DNA of 64,000 bases from Candidatus Thorarchaeota archaeon (lineage in GTDB: Archaea > Asgardarchaeota > Thorarchaeia > Thorarchaeales > Thorarchaeaceae), in the NCBI GenBank assembly GCA_029855935.1, contig JAGSHN010000017.1, forward strand, positions 8,812 through 72,811, in the 5' to 3' direction. Of the stretch, positions 63,922 to 64,000 are shown piece after piece. Within the stretch, counting starts at the first letter, position 1. Each line of letters opens with the position of its first letter. Made by a program: the position numbers and the translations under genes. Below the pieces are notes generated by a model, which did not search any database, had not been told where the DNA came from, and worked only from the letters and a program-made list of their open reading frames with translations.

Positions 63922-64000
63922 ATGGTAGAGAACTCCAGAATTCCGGGCTTCCACAAGCTGTCACGCGAGGAGCGAGTGAAGAAGCTTCAGGAGATGACCG
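63922..64000 (+). CDS. hmgA: Probable HMG-CoA reductase, class II type; N-terminal 26 codons only
   Basis: MVENSRIPGFHKLSREERVKKLQEMT resembles the SR(L/I)xGF(R/Y)xLSxxERL start of class II HMGR (P. mevalonii type, from memory). A TATA-like cttatttag lies about 30 nt upstream. The fragment is very short. Confidence 0.45.
   Translation, partial: MVENSRIPGFHKLSREERVKKLQEMT

Noticed and set aside
1-64000. Search for tRNA, rRNA, RNase P/SRP RNA and CRISPR arrays
   Set aside because: Scanning the intergenic regions by eye, I found no T-loop/acceptor-type tRNA signatures, no rRNA-like stretches and no spaced direct repeats. This is a weak negative, and covariance-model tools should be run.

Overview
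The window looks like an archaeal chromosome segment of about 55-58% GC. There are no rRNA or tRNA genes and no CRISPR array that I could recognise. Class II HMG-CoA reductase, a transaldolase/rpe pair, MenA-type quinone synthesis and bacterial-type MutS/MutL weakly suggest a Thermoplasmatota-like lineage; this is inference only.

Layout:
(1) 1-8794, minus strand: a tightly coupled 10-gene complex I-like operon in the order A-J-K-C-D-H-I-M-L-M. It has no nuoB and no nuoEFG/fpoF.
(2) 8.8-11.4 kb: a gene-poor insert holding a heptad-repeat/PD-(D/E)xK protein.
(3) 11.4-15.5 kb: a single ORF fusing a GlcD-type FAD oxidase to NuoB, followed by a membrane protein and divergently paired with a GlcF/HdrD-like CCG iron-sulfur protein. 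I consider this candidate new electron-input module for the complex I-like pump the most interesting system here.
(4) 15.5-19 kb: MenA/UbiA prenyltransferase, polyprenyl synthase and geranylgeranyl reductase.
(5) 19-23.2 kb: two tandem paralogous beta-helix surface proteins with TSP3-like calcium-binding repeats and TM anchors.
(6) 23.3-27 kb: small unknowns, including a pair of zinc-ribbon proteins and a beta-hairpin repeat protein.
(7) 27.6-37.4 kb: mutS, rpe, tal, an amidohydrolase, a TPR protein and mutL, all co-directional.
(8) 37.4-39.7 kb: an AT-richer island with short ORFs, a TGA-interrupted Cys-rich ORF and about 0.8 kb with no convincing gene; possibly a decayed mobile element.
(9) 40.2-56.6 kb, minus strand: a 914-aa polytopic membrane protein with a SpoIIM-like C-terminus, followed by two colinear paralogous giant secreted proteins (2421 and 1945 aa). 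These are W/Y/N-rich, packed with N-glycosylation sequons, and end in Ig-like modules plus a TM/basic-tail anchor. This is the second candidate novel system.
(10) 56.7-64 kb: ferritin, an M28-like aminopeptidase, archaeal PPAT, an ASKHA/DUF4445 protein, Usp, GlyRS and the start of an HMG-CoA reductase.

All functional calls rest on motif recognition by eye. No database search or computation was possible.
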